Source: Nitrospirota bacterium (GTDB lineage: Bacteria; Nitrospirota; UBA9217). From it: a stretch of DNA of 64,000 nt. The stretch is taken from contig CAVUCU010000004.1 in the NCBI GenBank assembly GCA_963740085.1, forward strand, positions 576,001 to 640,000. Reading direction: 5' to 3'. The notes below the pieces were generated by a model that made no database searches, was not told the DNA's origin, and saw only the letters and a list, made by a program, of their open reading frames with translations. Within the stretch, counting starts at the first letter, position 1. Each line of letters opens with the position of its first letter. The position numbers and the translations under genes are program-made. Shown here piece after piece: positions 10,630-20,162 of this stretch.

Positions 10630-11097
10630 ATGAAATTGAAGATCGGTTTCTTCGGTGCGGCCATAAATATCGTTGTTGTCACCGGGATGGTTTGTTTCTC
10701 GGCGCTTACCCGCGGCGGCGCCTCATTCAGCGACTATTTTTCGGTCTTTCCGGTGCTGGCATTCGCGGCTTTTATTGTCTACTATTTTGTCGTTTCTTCC
10801 TATGTGGTAAAGCGTGCGGGAATTCAGAAACCGGCTTTTATTGATTCGCTCGTCGGAATGCTCGCTGAACTTATTCTTGTCACGGTAGGGGTCGTGATCT
10901 ACAGCCTGTGGATCACGCTCTCGGGTATGCACGGACAGGACCTCCGGATGATCGCCTCGGAACTCACGACCGGCATTCTGGTGAACCTCCTCTGGGTATT
11001 TGCAATGTTCCTTGTCCATATCTTGATCGCAGGAAATATCGCCGGCCTCGTCGGCTGGTACGTGTTGAGCAAGCTCTCTCCGAAAAGTCTTTCCTAG
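10630..11097 (+). CDS. Hypothetical 4-TM membrane protein
   Basis: Four hydrophobic segments in 155 aa. Confidence 0.75.
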   Translation: MKLKIGFFGAAINIVVVTGMVCFSALTRGGASFSDYFSVFPVLAFAAFIVYYFVVSSYVVKRAGIQKPAFIDSLVGMLAELILVTVGVVIYSLWITLSGMHGQDLRMIASELTTGILVNLLWVFAMFLVHILIAGNIAGLVGWYVLSKLSPKSLS

Positions 11098-11354
11098 CCG
11101 TCCGCAGATGCGAGCGATGCCTGCTTCAATATCCCGATCCTCATTTGGATAAACCCGAAGATCGGCCCGACCGGGGTCGCCGAAGTCTTTTCGCGACAGT
11201 GTGATCGTTTGACATGGTGGATCAGTTCCCCTGCAGATTTCATATTGCATTCTCAGCCTGAACAGTGTTAGCATATTTTTACGTATTACATTTATTATCC
11301 GGCGGTTCTCCCGTAAACGGCGTGAATGAACGTTTCCAGCATAGGACCCGCGTA

Positions 11355-12074
11355 ATGACCGGGACACGCATGTTTTTTATCTCCTTCTGCGCGGTATTGT
11401 CCTTATCGTCCCCCAATGCCGCTGAACGGGAACCAGGTCCGCTTCGGCAGGCAAAGGCAGCCATCGACGGCCCTGTCGCCCCGACACTCCGTCACGCTCC
11501 TGTCTACCGAATCCCGCTCCGCGTGCATTTGGGAGAGAGCGGACGAAGTCCGGGGGATTTCATTGCAATACTCGATGAGATCAACTCCATCTGGCTGACG
11601 CAGGCGGGGATTTGCTTCGAGATGCAGATCGTACTGGATAACAGGCCTCTTGAGCAGGGTATGGACATCTGGTTCATGCCGAACCTGCCCGGAGGAGCGG
11701 GGCTTAACGGTTACTTTCGAGACGAGCACAATATTCAGGTGCGGGACACGCCCGTCCTGGGACCTGCCGCGAATCCCGCCCACTATCCAGCTGCACGCAC
11801 GGCGGCGCATGAGTTCGGGCATGGCCTCTCCCTCCAGCACCGCCAGAATTCCGACGACAATCTGATGCGGTCCAAGACCTTTGGATGGCAGTTGAACAGG
11901 AAAGAAATCCAGGAAGCGCGTGGAGCTGCGGCGGAGAAGGCCTTGCAGGACACTGCGCCCAGAAAATGCGAAGAACCCAGGATATTGCCTACGCCAGAGT
12001 CTCCCGTTGTCTCAACCATGTCGAATACCGGGCCGTATCGTGATCGTGCAAACCTTGACGCCGATAAACACTAG
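11355..12074 (+). CDS. Secreted metzincin-like zinc metallopeptidase
   Basis: HEFGHGLSLQH zinc motif plus Met-turn NLM; signal-peptide-like N-terminus; start uncertain. Confidence 0.7.
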   Translation: MTGTRMFFISFCAVLSLSSPNAAEREPGPLRQAKAAIDGPVAPTLRHAPVYRIPLRVHLGESGRSPGDFIAILDEINSIWLTQAGICFEMQIVLDNRPLEQGMDIWFMPNLPGGAGLNGYFRDEHNIQVRDTPVLGPAANPAHYPAARTAAHEFGHGLSLQHRQNSDDNLMRSKTFGWQLNRKEIQEARGAAAEKALQDTAPRKCEEPRILPTPESPVVSTMSNTGPYRDRANLDADKH

Positions 12075-12108
12075 ACACATCAGATTGATAATCCCATCGA
12101 GGACTTTC

Positions 12109-12435
12109 ATGTTCAAGAAATACGATGCATCATCGGGTTACCACAACGCCCTGGAGAAGATAAAGAGGAAGACGCTGGTCCACGGACCCAGAACGCTGAT
12201 GGCCGAGTTCCGGCTCGAACAGGGGGCCCTGCTGCCGAAGCACAGGCATCCGCACGAACAGACCGGCTACCTTGTGTCCGGTCGCATGGACCTCTCGATC
12301 GGCAGCGAAACTCATGCAGTCTCGGCGGGGGACAGCTGGTGTATTCCCGGGGACATGGAGCATAGCGCCGTGGCCCGCGAGGACTCTGTTGCCGTAGAAG
12401 TGTTCTGTCCGGTAAGGGAGGACTATTTCCCGTAG
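12109..12435 (+). CDS. Cupin domain protein
   Basis: HRHPHEQTGY...G and IPGDMEH cupin motifs; SD GAGG. Confidence 0.9.
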   Translation: MFKKYDASSGYHNALEKIKRKTLVHGPRTLMAEFRLEQGALLPKHRHPHEQTGYLVSGRMDLSIGSETHAVSAGDSWCIPGDMEHSAVAREDSVAVEVFCPVREDYFP

Positions 12436-12476
12436 GACCAGGGGGTCGACCCTGGTCTCACTGATGTCGCCAGGCG

Positions 12477-12508
12477 AAACTTTGTCCCTCATAAGGGCAG
12501 AGTTTTTT
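12477..12508 (+). terminator. Probable intrinsic terminator after the cupin gene
   Basis: AAACTTTGTCCCT-CATA-AGGGCAGAGTTT hairpin followed by a T-run. Confidence 0.55.
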
Positions 12509-12749
12509 CCCCGTAATCCGCTTATGTTCCGACCCTCTTTGCATCGAATACGCAGGCGCCATCTATCCGGTATGCAAATCCGGGGACGTAGTGGACCCGT
12601 TGAGTGACCTTTTCCTCTGCAAGATTGAACCAGCAGGAGACCGGTAGTGCCTGAAAAGGGACCCGAAAACTTTATGGAAGAGCTCAATGCCAAGTCTGAT
12701 ATTTTTAGATGAAATCCTCATCCAGCCTGCCAATCAAGCTTGTTTATCC

Positions 12750-12778
12750 TTGACGATTCCGCATATAATCAGTATAAT
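12750..12778 (+). promoter_or_regulatory. Sigma70 promoter of lysS
   Basis: TTGACG-17-TATAAT. Confidence 0.7.
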
Positions 12779-12816
12779 CGGCGATTGAGTTTATCATCAT
12801 GGCAAAGGGGATTTTC

Positions 12817-14298
12817 ATGGAAGATCACAACGAGTTGATCCAACAGCGCTTTAAGAAGCGCGAAGAGATCAGCGCGATGGGCATTCGTCCGTATGCAGGA
12901 AGGTTCGACGTGTCTGTTTCCGCACAGGGACTCATCGATACCTATGGACAGACGAGCAAGGAAGACCTTGAAAAAACACGGGTTGAGCTCGCCATAGCGG
13001 GACGGATCGTCGCCATGCGAAGCTTCGGCAAGGCGGGTTTTGGCCATCTCCAGGACGGATCGGGAAGGATCCAGTTCTACTTCCAGAAGAACACGCTCGG
13101 TGATGACCGATACGCTTTCTTTAAAAAGCTCGACATCGGCGACTTCATGGGAGTGAAGGGTTTTCTGTTCCGTACCAAGACCAATGAGCTTACGATTGAC
13201 ATCGAGGACTTCACACTCCTCTCAAAATCCCTCCGCCCTTTGCCGGAAAAATGGCATGGCTTAACGGACGTTGAGCTTCGCTACCGCCAACGGTATCTGG
13301 ACCTGATCGTGAATCCCGAGGTTAGAAAAGTTTTTCTGCTCCGCACGAAGATCGTCCAGGCGATCAGGGGCTTTCTGAACACCCGGGGCTATATTGAAGT
13401 CGAGACACCGATGATGCAGTCCATTCCGGGCGGGGCGACGGCGAAACCCTTCAAGACCCATCACAATGCCCTGGACATGGACCTCTTCCTCCGCATCGCG
13501 CCGGAGCTGTATCTCAAGCGGCTCCTGGTGGGCGGTTTCGAACGGGTATATGAGATCAATCGAAATTTTCGGAATGAAGGCATCTCCACGCGCCACAACC
13601 CCGAATTCACCATGCTCGAGTTCTATACTGCCTATGCCGATTACCGCGACCTTATGACCATGACCGAGCAGATGATCAGCTCCATCTCAATGGATGTCCT
13701 CGGCAAAACAGAGGTGGAATACGAGGGGCATGTGATCAATCTTTCTCCGCCCTGGAAGCGTATCACCTACCGAGACGCACTTCGCGAGGCGGGTGTATCC
13801 GAGGCTGTCCTTGCCGATGATCTGAAAGCCCGGGAGTATGCGAGAAAACTCGGCGCAAACTTGACGGGCGGGGAACCCTTGGGAAAGGTACTGAATGAGA
13901 TTTTTGAGGCGCTTGTCGAGCCTAAGCTCATTCAGCCCACCTTTATTATCGACTACCCAACGGACATATCACCGCTGTCGAAGAAATGCGATGACAATCC
14001 CGATTATGTGGAGCGATTCGAGCTCTTCATTGTCGGAAGGGAACTGGCGAATGCCTTCTCCGAATTGAACGACCCGGTGGACCAGAAAGAGCGGTTCCTT
14101 AAGCAGGTTTCGGAAGGCGAGGCGGGAGATGAAGAGGCTCACCAGATGGACGAAGATTTCATTCGGGCCCTCGAGTACGGCATGCCTCCGGCCGCGGGGG
14201 AGGGGATCGGCATCGACCGTCTGGTGATGCTGCTTACGGGATCAACCTCCATCCGGGACGTGATCCTGTTCCCCCAGATGAAGAAGGAGAAATCGTAA
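12817..14298 (+). CDS. lysS: Lysyl-tRNA synthetase class II
   Basis: YRQRYLDL, LRIAPELYLKRL, FRNEG, HNPEFT, GIGIDRL; alternative ATG at 12799. Confidence 0.98.
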   Translation: MEDHNELIQQRFKKREEISAMGIRPYAGRFDVSVSAQGLIDTYGQTSKEDLEKTRVELAIAGRIVAMRSFGKAGFGHLQDGSGRIQFYFQKNTLGDDRYAFFKKLDIGDFMGVKGFLFRTKTNELTIDIEDFTLLSKSLRPLPEKWHGLTDVELRYRQRYLDLIVNPEVRKVFLLRTKIVQAIRGFLNTRGYIEVETPMMQSIPGGATAKPFKTHHNALDMDLFLRIAPELYLKRLLVGGFERVYEINRNFRNEGISTRHNPEFTMLEFYTAYADYRDLMTMTEQMISSISMDVLGKTEVEYEGHVINLSPPWKRITYRDALREAGVSEAVLADDLKAREYARKLGANLTGGEPLGKVLNEIFEALVEPKLIQPTFIIDYPTDISPLSKKCDDNPDYVERFELFIVGRELANAFSELNDPVDQKERFLKQVSEGEAGDEEAHQMDEDFIRALEYGMPPAAGEGIGIDRLVMLLTGSTSIRDVILFPQMKKEKS

Positions 14299-14309
14299 AA
14301 AATACTTTT

Positions 14310-14391
14310 ACCACAGAGGACGCAGAGGGCGGAAAGATAAAGATCGATTTTTTGTTGTTGCTCTTTTATTCTCTGTGAACTCTGAGGTGAG
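14310..14391. repeat. Intergenic imperfect palindrome of 9-bp units
   Basis: ACCACAGAG GACGCAGAG ... CTCTGTGAA CTCTGAGGT. Confidence 0.7.
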
Positions 14392-14401
14392 AGCCTCTAA
14401 A

Positions 14402-15637
14402 ATGAAAATCCCCTACGAAATATTCGTCAGCCTGCGGTATCTGAAGACCAAGAAGCGCTACGGCACTATCTCGCTCAATACGTTCATCTCCATCGCCGGC
14501 GTGGTCATCGGAGTGGCCACCTCCATTATCACCCTTGCGGTGATGACCGGTTTTCAGGGTTATTTCCGCGACAAGATCCTGTCAGCCATGCCGCATATTG
14601 TGGTGATGGAGTACACCGGCTCCGGCGTTAAGGACCCGAAGGCACTGCAGGAAAAGGTGGAACGGGTCGCGCATGTCACGGCGACAACGCCATTTATCTA
14701 TGCTCAGTCGATGCTGACGAGCAAAGACCGGATGCAGGGCGTGGTCGTGCGGGGCATCGACCCCAGGACCGAGGGAACGGTGACCGACCTCGCGAAGAAC
14801 ATGACGGCCGGCACCCTCGCGGGCCTTGAGAGCGCGGAGGGAAAACCACCCCGCATCATCATCGGCGAGGACCTTGCCAGAAAACTCGGCGTGTCGGTCG
14901 GAGAGACGGTTACCATGGTAAACCCGCTCGGAGAAGAAACCTCAATGGGCGTGATACCCAAAATGAAGAAGTTCGTGGTCGCAGGCTTGTTCGATGCCGG
15001 AATGTATGATTATAATACAACGTTTGTTTATATAACGCTGCCCGCGGCACAGAAGTTTTTCGAGATGCCGGGCAGGGTGAGCGGAGTACAGGCGAGGGTG
15101 GATGATATCTACCAGGCCGATACAATCGCTTCGGCTATCCAGGCGTCAGCCGGATATCCATTTTACACACGCAACTGGATGGAAATGAACAAGAATTTCT
15201 TTTCAGCCCTGCTGCTCGAAAAGATCGGCATGTCACTTATCCTTGTCGTCATTATCATTGTGGCATCGTTCAATATCATCGGCACCCTGACGATGATCGT
15301 CATGGAAAAGAGCAGGGAAATCGCCATCCTGAAGTCCATGGGTTCGCCGGCGCAGAGCATCATGAAGATATTCATGTTCGCGGGACTCGCGATCGGCTGC
15401 GTGGGGACCGCTATCGGAGCGATCATCGGCTACGGGGCCGTGACGATCATCTCCAGAACAGACATCATATCGCTGCCGAAAGATGTTTATCAGGTAAGCC
15501 ATCTGCCGCTCTCGATATCAGGCCTCGATGTGCTCTCGATAGCGCTCACCGCGCTCGGCATCAGTTTTATCGCGACACTCTATCCGTCGTGGCAAGCGGC
15601 AAAACAGGATCCTGTCGAAGTACTGAGATATGAATAA
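14402..15637 (+). CDS. lolE: Lipoprotein-releasing ABC transporter permease LolC/E
   Basis: AVMTGF, VRGID, EKSREIAILKSMG, LYPSWQAAKQDPVEVLRYE; follows lysS. Confidence 0.92.
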   Translation: MKIPYEIFVSLRYLKTKKRYGTISLNTFISIAGVVIGVATSIITLAVMTGFQGYFRDKILSAMPHIVVMEYTGSGVKDPKALQEKVERVAHVTATTPFIYAQSMLTSKDRMQGVVVRGIDPRTEGTVTDLAKNMTAGTLAGLESAEGKPPRIIIGEDLARKLGVSVGETVTMVNPLGEETSMGVIPKMKKFVVAGLFDAGMYDYNTTFVYITLPAAQKFFEMPGRVSGVQARVDDIYQADTIASAIQASAGYPFYTRNWMEMNKNFFSALLLEKIGMSLILVVIIIVASFNIIGTLTMIVMEKSREIAILKSMGSPAQSIMKIFMFAGLAIGCVGTAIGAIIGYGAVTIISRTDIISLPKDVYQVSHLPLSISGLDVLSIALTALGISFIATLYPSWQAAKQDPVEVLRYE

Positions 15638-15693
15638 ATATGGTACCTACTCATGTCAGTTATTCAATTTGAATAGTGCAGTTTCGGATTAAA

Positions 15694-15721
15694 TTGGAAT
15701 TTGGTTTTTGATATTTGGGAT
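15694..15721. repeat. Single arm of 7-bp periodic repeat
   Basis: TTGGAAT TTGGTTT TTGATAT TTGGGAT; same type as 31408-31537. Confidence 0.5.
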
Positions 15722-15745
15722 AGTGCTATCCTCAAGGAGGTTTCT

Positions 15746-16039
15746 ATGGCGCAAAAAGGCGGCAACTTGAAAACGTTCATTCTCATCGTGATCTTTCTGG
15801 GAGTGCTTTCGGTGGTCTTTGTTCTCCTGGGTGGCGGCAACTTTCTTAAATCCGCCGGCACCTGGATCGGCGGCCTGGGCAGCAAGGCGGAAACCATGAA
15901 GGGGAAAATAGAGGAAGGCGCATCATCGGTCGGAAAGAAAGCGGAAAAGGTAAAAGAAGCGGTAACGTCTGCCGGTAGAAAAGTCGAAAAGAAGGCGGAA
16001 AAAGTGAAAGACGCGGTAACCTCGGGAGAAACGAAATAA
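15746..16039 (+). CDS. Small membrane-anchored Lys-rich repeat protein (97 aa)
   Basis: Strong SD AAGGAGG; one TM helix; duplicated KKAEKVK(E/D)AVTS. Confidence 0.8.
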   Translation: MAQKGGNLKTFILIVIFLGVLSVVFVLLGGGNFLKSAGTWIGGLGSKAETMKGKIEEGASSVGKKAEKVKEAVTSAGRKVEKKAEKVKDAVTSGETK

Positions 16040-16719
16040 CGCGCACGCTTATTCATATCGAGCAGCTCCGCAAGACATTCACGAGCGGTCCCATGGAACT
16101 CCCCGTTCTTGACGGCATCAATCTCGATATCCGGTCAGGCGAAATGCTCGCCATTGTCGGAGCATCAGGTGTAGGGAAAAGTACGCTCCTCCACATCCTG
16201 GGCGCGCTCGACCGGCCGACGTCCGGAAAGGTCTATTATGGAGATGTCGATGTTTTCGGTCTCGACAACGGACGGCTTTCGCGTTTTCGCAACGAGCGTG
16301 TGGGGTTCGTGTTCCAATTCCACCACCTGTTGCCTGAATTTTCAGCGCTCGAGAACGTCATGATGCCGGGGCTCATCCGGCGGATGGGCCGAGAAGAAGC
16401 AGCTGTCGCTGCCGGGAAAATACTGTCCGATGTGGGGCTCGGCGGGCGGCTTCATCACCGGCCCGGAGAGCTCTCGGGCGGAGAGCAGCAGCGGGTCGCG
16501 GTTGCGCGGGCTTTGATGCTGAAACCCGATGTCGTACTTGCCGATGAACCGACGGGCAATCTTGATATGCATACAGGCGAGTCGGTACACGATCTCCTCC
16601 TCGGGATCAACAAACAGCAGGGGATAACCTTCGTGATCGTGACGCATAACGACAAACTTGCGGTCCGGGCGGACCGGGTGCTCCGGATGGCCGAAGGAAG
16701 GCTCACGCAAACCCAGTAA
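16036..16719 (+). CDS. lolD: Lipoprotein-releasing ABC transporter ATPase LolD (probable ATA start)
   Basis: GASGVGKS, GFVFQFHHLL, LSGGEQQR, ADEPTGNLD; ABC-type N-terminal strand LIHIEQLRKTF lies in frame upstream of ATG 16093. Confidence 0.92.
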   Translation: MTRTLIHIEQLRKTFTSGPMELPVLDGINLDIRSGEMLAIVGASGVGKSTLLHILGALDRPTSGKVYYGDVDVFGLDNGRLSRFRNERVGFVFQFHHLLPEFSALENVMMPGLIRRMGREEAAVAAGKILSDVGLGGRLHHRPGELSGGEQQRVAVARALMLKPDVVLADEPTGNLDMHTGESVHDLLLGINKQQGITFVIVTHNDKLAVRADRVLRMAEGRLTQTQ

Positions 16720-16811
16720 AACACAAACAGGCGACCTTTTTTCTTGACTTAGAGAGGCTGTAAAAAGTAATATTAATCCTTATCCATCAGACGATTACAG
16801 GGAACTGCCGA

Positions 16812-17624
16812 ATGAATCTCTTGTTTTTCCAAATAGCAACGGGTTTCTACCTGCTCGCGACAGCCGGGTACATCAGCTACATCTTAAAACCGGAGCGGAA
16901 GTGGACTTCTACGGCATCGCTCTGGGTGACCTTCTCGGGCTTCCTGTTTCATATAGTCTATTTTCTCTTCAGGTGGTTCGAATCAGGACGTATCCCGATA
17001 ACGAGCTTTTTCGAGGCCGCGAATTTTCTCGGCATGGGCATCGTTCTCGTGTTCCTCATCATGGAATTCCGCTACAAGATCCCGGCGCTCGGCTCGTTCA
17101 TGCTTCCTCTCGTGATCGTTCTCATGGCCCCTGCTCTCATCCTCTCCGGCGATATTAAAGAACTCAACCCCGTGCTCAAGAGCGGCTGGCTCGGCATACA
17201 TACGAGCCTGACGGTTTTGGGAGATTCCGCCTTCGCCTTCGCATTCATCGTTTCGATCATGTATCTGATCCAGGAACGCCAGCTCAAGGCCAAACGACTT
17301 GGCGCGATCTTTCATCGTCTGCCGTCCCTTGATATCATGGACACACTGGGTTACAAAGCGCTTACCATCGGTTGGCCCCTCTTTACACTCGGCATGCTTT
17401 CGGGGTCCATCTGGGCGAACAGCGCATGGGGCACCTACTGGAGCTGGGACCCCAAAGAGACGTGGTCGCTCATTACCTGGGTTGTTTATCTGGTGCTCCT
17501 GCACCTACGCACCATCGGATGGCGGGGGAGAAAAATGGCTTTTCTTTCGATCATCGGATTTCTCTTTGTCCTGGTCAGTTTTTTTGTGGTAAGCCGCATA
17601 CAGATAGGGAAGCATAGCTTTTAA
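16812..17624 (+). CDS. ccsA: Cytochrome c biogenesis protein CcsA/CcsB-like (WWD domain)
   Basis: WANSAWGTYWSWDPKETWS; multiple TM helices; upstream of hemA. Confidence 0.9.
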   Translation: MNLLFFQIATGFYLLATAGYISYILKPERKWTSTASLWVTFSGFLFHIVYFLFRWFESGRIPITSFFEAANFLGMGIVLVFLIMEFRYKIPALGSFMLPLVIVLMAPALILSGDIKELNPVLKSGWLGIHTSLTVLGDSAFAFAFIVSIMYLIQERQLKAKRLGAIFHRLPSLDIMDTLGYKALTIGWPLFTLGMLSGSIWANSAWGTYWSWDPKETWSLITWVVYLVLLHLRTIGWRGRKMAFLSIIGFLFVLVSFFVVSRIQIGKHSF

Positions 17625-17636
17625 GGTGATGCCTGA

Positions 17637-19001
17637 ATGAGTATCATTGTAGTCGGCCTTAGTCATAAAACAGCGCCCATCGAGGTCCGTGAGAAGCTCA
17701 ATTTTCCTGAAGCGACCGTTTCAGAGGCGCTTAAGAAATTGGTGAACTACGAGGGGATCCGGGAGGGCCTTATTCTCTCTACCTGCAACCGGGTGGAGAT
17801 CTATGCATCCGTACAGGACAGCGTATCTGGCATCGAACGGATCAAACAGTTCATCTCGGATTACCATGGCCTTTCCAGGGAGGCCCTGGAACAGTCTCTC
17901 TATGTTTATCCCGAGGCCCAGGGTGTGCGCCATACGTTCCGCGTGGCATCAAGTCTTGACTCCATGGTGCTGGGAGAGGCGCAGATACTGGGGCAGCTCA
18001 AGGAGTCCTTCGACATCGCCCTCAAGGCAAAGACCACGAGCACCATTCTCAATAAACTGATCAAAAAGGCGATTTCTGTTGCAAAACGGGTCCGTACCGA
18101 GACCAAACTCGCCGAAGGAGCGGTGTCCATCAGCACCGCGGCAGTGGAATTGGCAAAGAAGATCTTTGGCGAATTAACCGGCAAGAACGTCATGCTCCTG
18201 GGCGCCGGTGAAATGGCGGAACTTGCCGCCCAGCACCTCCTGGGCAATGGGGTGAAGAACATCATGGTCGCGAACCGCACTTTCGAACGCGCCGAAGAAC
18301 TCGCCAAGGAGTTCAAAGGCGACGCGATCCGGTTCGAACATTTCCCCGACGCCCTTGTTATGGTGGACATCCTTATCTGTGCGACCGGTGCGCCGCAGTA
18401 TGTCGTCAACCGCGAAATGGTCATGCGGGTGCTTAAAGAACGGCGTAATAAGCCGATCTTCATGATCGACATCTCGAATCCGAGAAATATCGACCCCGAG
18501 GTTGACAAGGTCGACAACGTCTATCTCTATGACATCGATGACCTTCAGAGCAAGGTCGACGTGAACACCGGGGGCAGGGCAAAAGAGGCGGAAAAGGCAG
18601 AGGAACTCATCACCCAGGAGGTAGAGACGTACCTCCAGTGGGAGCGTGCTCTTGATGCCGTACCTACCATCGTGGACCTTCGGGAAAAAGTAGAAGACAT
18701 TCGGAAACGCGAGCTCGATAAGACCATCGGTTCATTGAACACCGTCACCGAAGAGCAGAAGCGGGCGATGGAGGCCATGTCCCAGGCGATCGTGAACAAG
18801 TTGCTTCACGCGCCTCTGGTTGTCCTAAAGCAGGCGGCGTCAACTCCGGACACCGGTGACGCAACCATCGCCATAGCGCGCAGACTTTTCAACCTGGACA
18901 AGGAATTAAAGCGGCCCGGCCGCGAGAGGGTTGTCGAGTCGTCGCGTAAAGACGATACTGAACAGAACAAGGAACCCCAAACATCAAAAAATATTTGCTG
19001 A
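17637..19001 (+). CDS. hemA: Glutamyl-tRNA reductase
   Basis: STCNRVE, SLDSMVLGEAQILGQ, GAGEM. Confidence 0.98.
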   Translation: MSIIVVGLSHKTAPIEVREKLNFPEATVSEALKKLVNYEGIREGLILSTCNRVEIYASVQDSVSGIERIKQFISDYHGLSREALEQSLYVYPEAQGVRHTFRVASSLDSMVLGEAQILGQLKESFDIALKAKTTSTILNKLIKKAISVAKRVRTETKLAEGAVSISTAAVELAKKIFGELTGKNVMLLGAGEMAELAAQHLLGNGVKNIMVANRTFERAEELAKEFKGDAIRFEHFPDALVMVDILICATGAPQYVVNREMVMRVLKERRNKPIFMIDISNPRNIDPEVDKVDNVYLYDIDDLQSKVDVNTGGRAKEAEKAEELITQEVETYLQWERALDAVPTIVDLREKVEDIRKRELDKTIGSLNTVTEEQKRAMEAMSQAIVNKLLHAPLVVLKQAASTPDTGDATIAIARRLFNLDKELKRPGRERVVESSRKDDTEQNKEPQTSKNIC

Positions 19002-19003
19002 TG

Positions 19004-19043
19004 AATCAGACGGATCAGTCAGATCGGTCGGATCCGACTGATT
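19004..19043. repeat. Intergenic palindrome of 9-bp units
   Basis: TCAGACGGA TCAGTCAGA TCGGTCGGA TCCGACTGA; arms AATCAGACGGATC / GATCCGACTGATT. Confidence 0.65.
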
Positions 19044-19073
19044 TTTAGAACGAGTTATTCAAAGGAGTCCTCA

Positions 19074-20039
19074 TTGCGAAAACAGATCAGAATCGGTACA
19101 CGCGCCAGTGCGCTCGCGCTCTGGCAGGCGGAGTGGGTGAAATCGGAGCTCGAAAAGGACTATCCAGGCCTGATCGTGACGCTCATGAAGATCAAGACCA
19201 CGGGCGACAAGATCCTCGATGTGCCGCTCGCCAAGGTCGGCGGCAAGGGGCTGTTCGTGAAGGAGATCGAGGAGGCCATGCTGGCGAACGAGATCGACAT
19301 TGCCGTGCACAGCATGAAAGACGTGCCGACCTTTTTCCCCGATGGGCTCCATCTGTCATGCATCACGAAGCGAGAGGACCCGAGGGACGCCTTGCTTTCA
19401 AGGAACAATACGGCGTTCAAAGATCTGCCCCGGAGCGCGAATGTGGGCACGAGCAGTTTGAGGCGTCAGGCCCAGCTCATGAACGCGCGTCCGGACTTCG
19501 TGATCCATCAACTGCGCGGCAATGTGGGCACAAGGTTGCAGAAATTGAAAGAAGGAAAGTTCGACGCCATCATCCTTGCAGCGGCCGGGGTGAAGCGGCT
19601 GGGGCTTGAGGAGAATGTGTCGGAATACCTCTCACCCGAGATCAGCCTGCCCGCTATCGGACAGGGGGCACTCGGCATTGAATGCCGGGTGGATGACCGG
19701 GAACTCAATGACATGATCGCGTTCTTCAACCATGCGGACAGCCGCACCTGCGTGACGGGAGAACGCGCGCTCCTCAGAAGGCTTGAAGGAGGATGTCAGG
19801 TCCCGATCGCCTGCTACGGGCAGATGAAGGACAGGAAGCTGAAGCTGATCGGTCTTGTCGGCAGCGTGGACGGAAAGCGCATTGTCAAGGACTCCATTGA
19901 AGGAGAGCCGGACAAGGCCGAGAAGCTCGGCGTGGTCCTTGCGGAAAAGCTACTCTCCCGGGGCGCGGACGTGATCCTTCGGGAAGTATACGGAAATACT
20001 ACCGACTTCAGCGGGAATAATCTGCTGGAAAATTCCTAA
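19074..20039 (+). CDS. hemC: Porphobilinogen deaminase
   Basis: GTRASALALWQ, GKGLFVKE, HSMKDVP, GTSSLRR, EGGCQVP; TTG start with SD AAGGAG. Confidence 0.98.
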   Translation: MRKQIRIGTRASALALWQAEWVKSELEKDYPGLIVTLMKIKTTGDKILDVPLAKVGGKGLFVKEIEEAMLANEIDIAVHSMKDVPTFFPDGLHLSCITKREDPRDALLSRNNTAFKDLPRSANVGTSSLRRQAQLMNARPDFVIHQLRGNVGTRLQKLKEGKFDAIILAAAGVKRLGLEENVSEYLSPEISLPAIGQGALGIECRVDDRELNDMIAFFNHADSRTCVTGERALLRRLEGGCQVPIACYGQMKDRKLKLIGLVGSVDGKRIVKDSIEGEPDKAEKLGVVLAEKLLSRGADVILREVYGNTTDFSGNNLLENS

Positions 20040-20057
20040 TAGAACCTGAATCTTCGA

Positions 20058-20142
20058 ACCGCTAGGGCGCGAAGGTCGCGAAGGGTGGATTCTTCATCTT
20101 AAAAATCCGAGATTTTCTTCGCGTACTTGGCGCCTTCGCGGT
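20058..20142. repeat. Intergenic palindrome of 9-bp units
   Basis: ACCGCTAGG GCGCGAAGG TCGCGAAG ... CTTCGCGTA CTTGGCGCC TTCGCGGT. Confidence 0.7.
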
Positions 20143-20162
20143 AAATTAATTTATAGCCAACC

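Noticed and set aside
12560-12670. Cobalamin riboswitch-like words (TGCAAATCC, CAGGAGACC)
   Set aside because: Core elements such as AGGGAA, GCAACTGT and GCCACTG are missing, and it lies upstream of the lysS promoter
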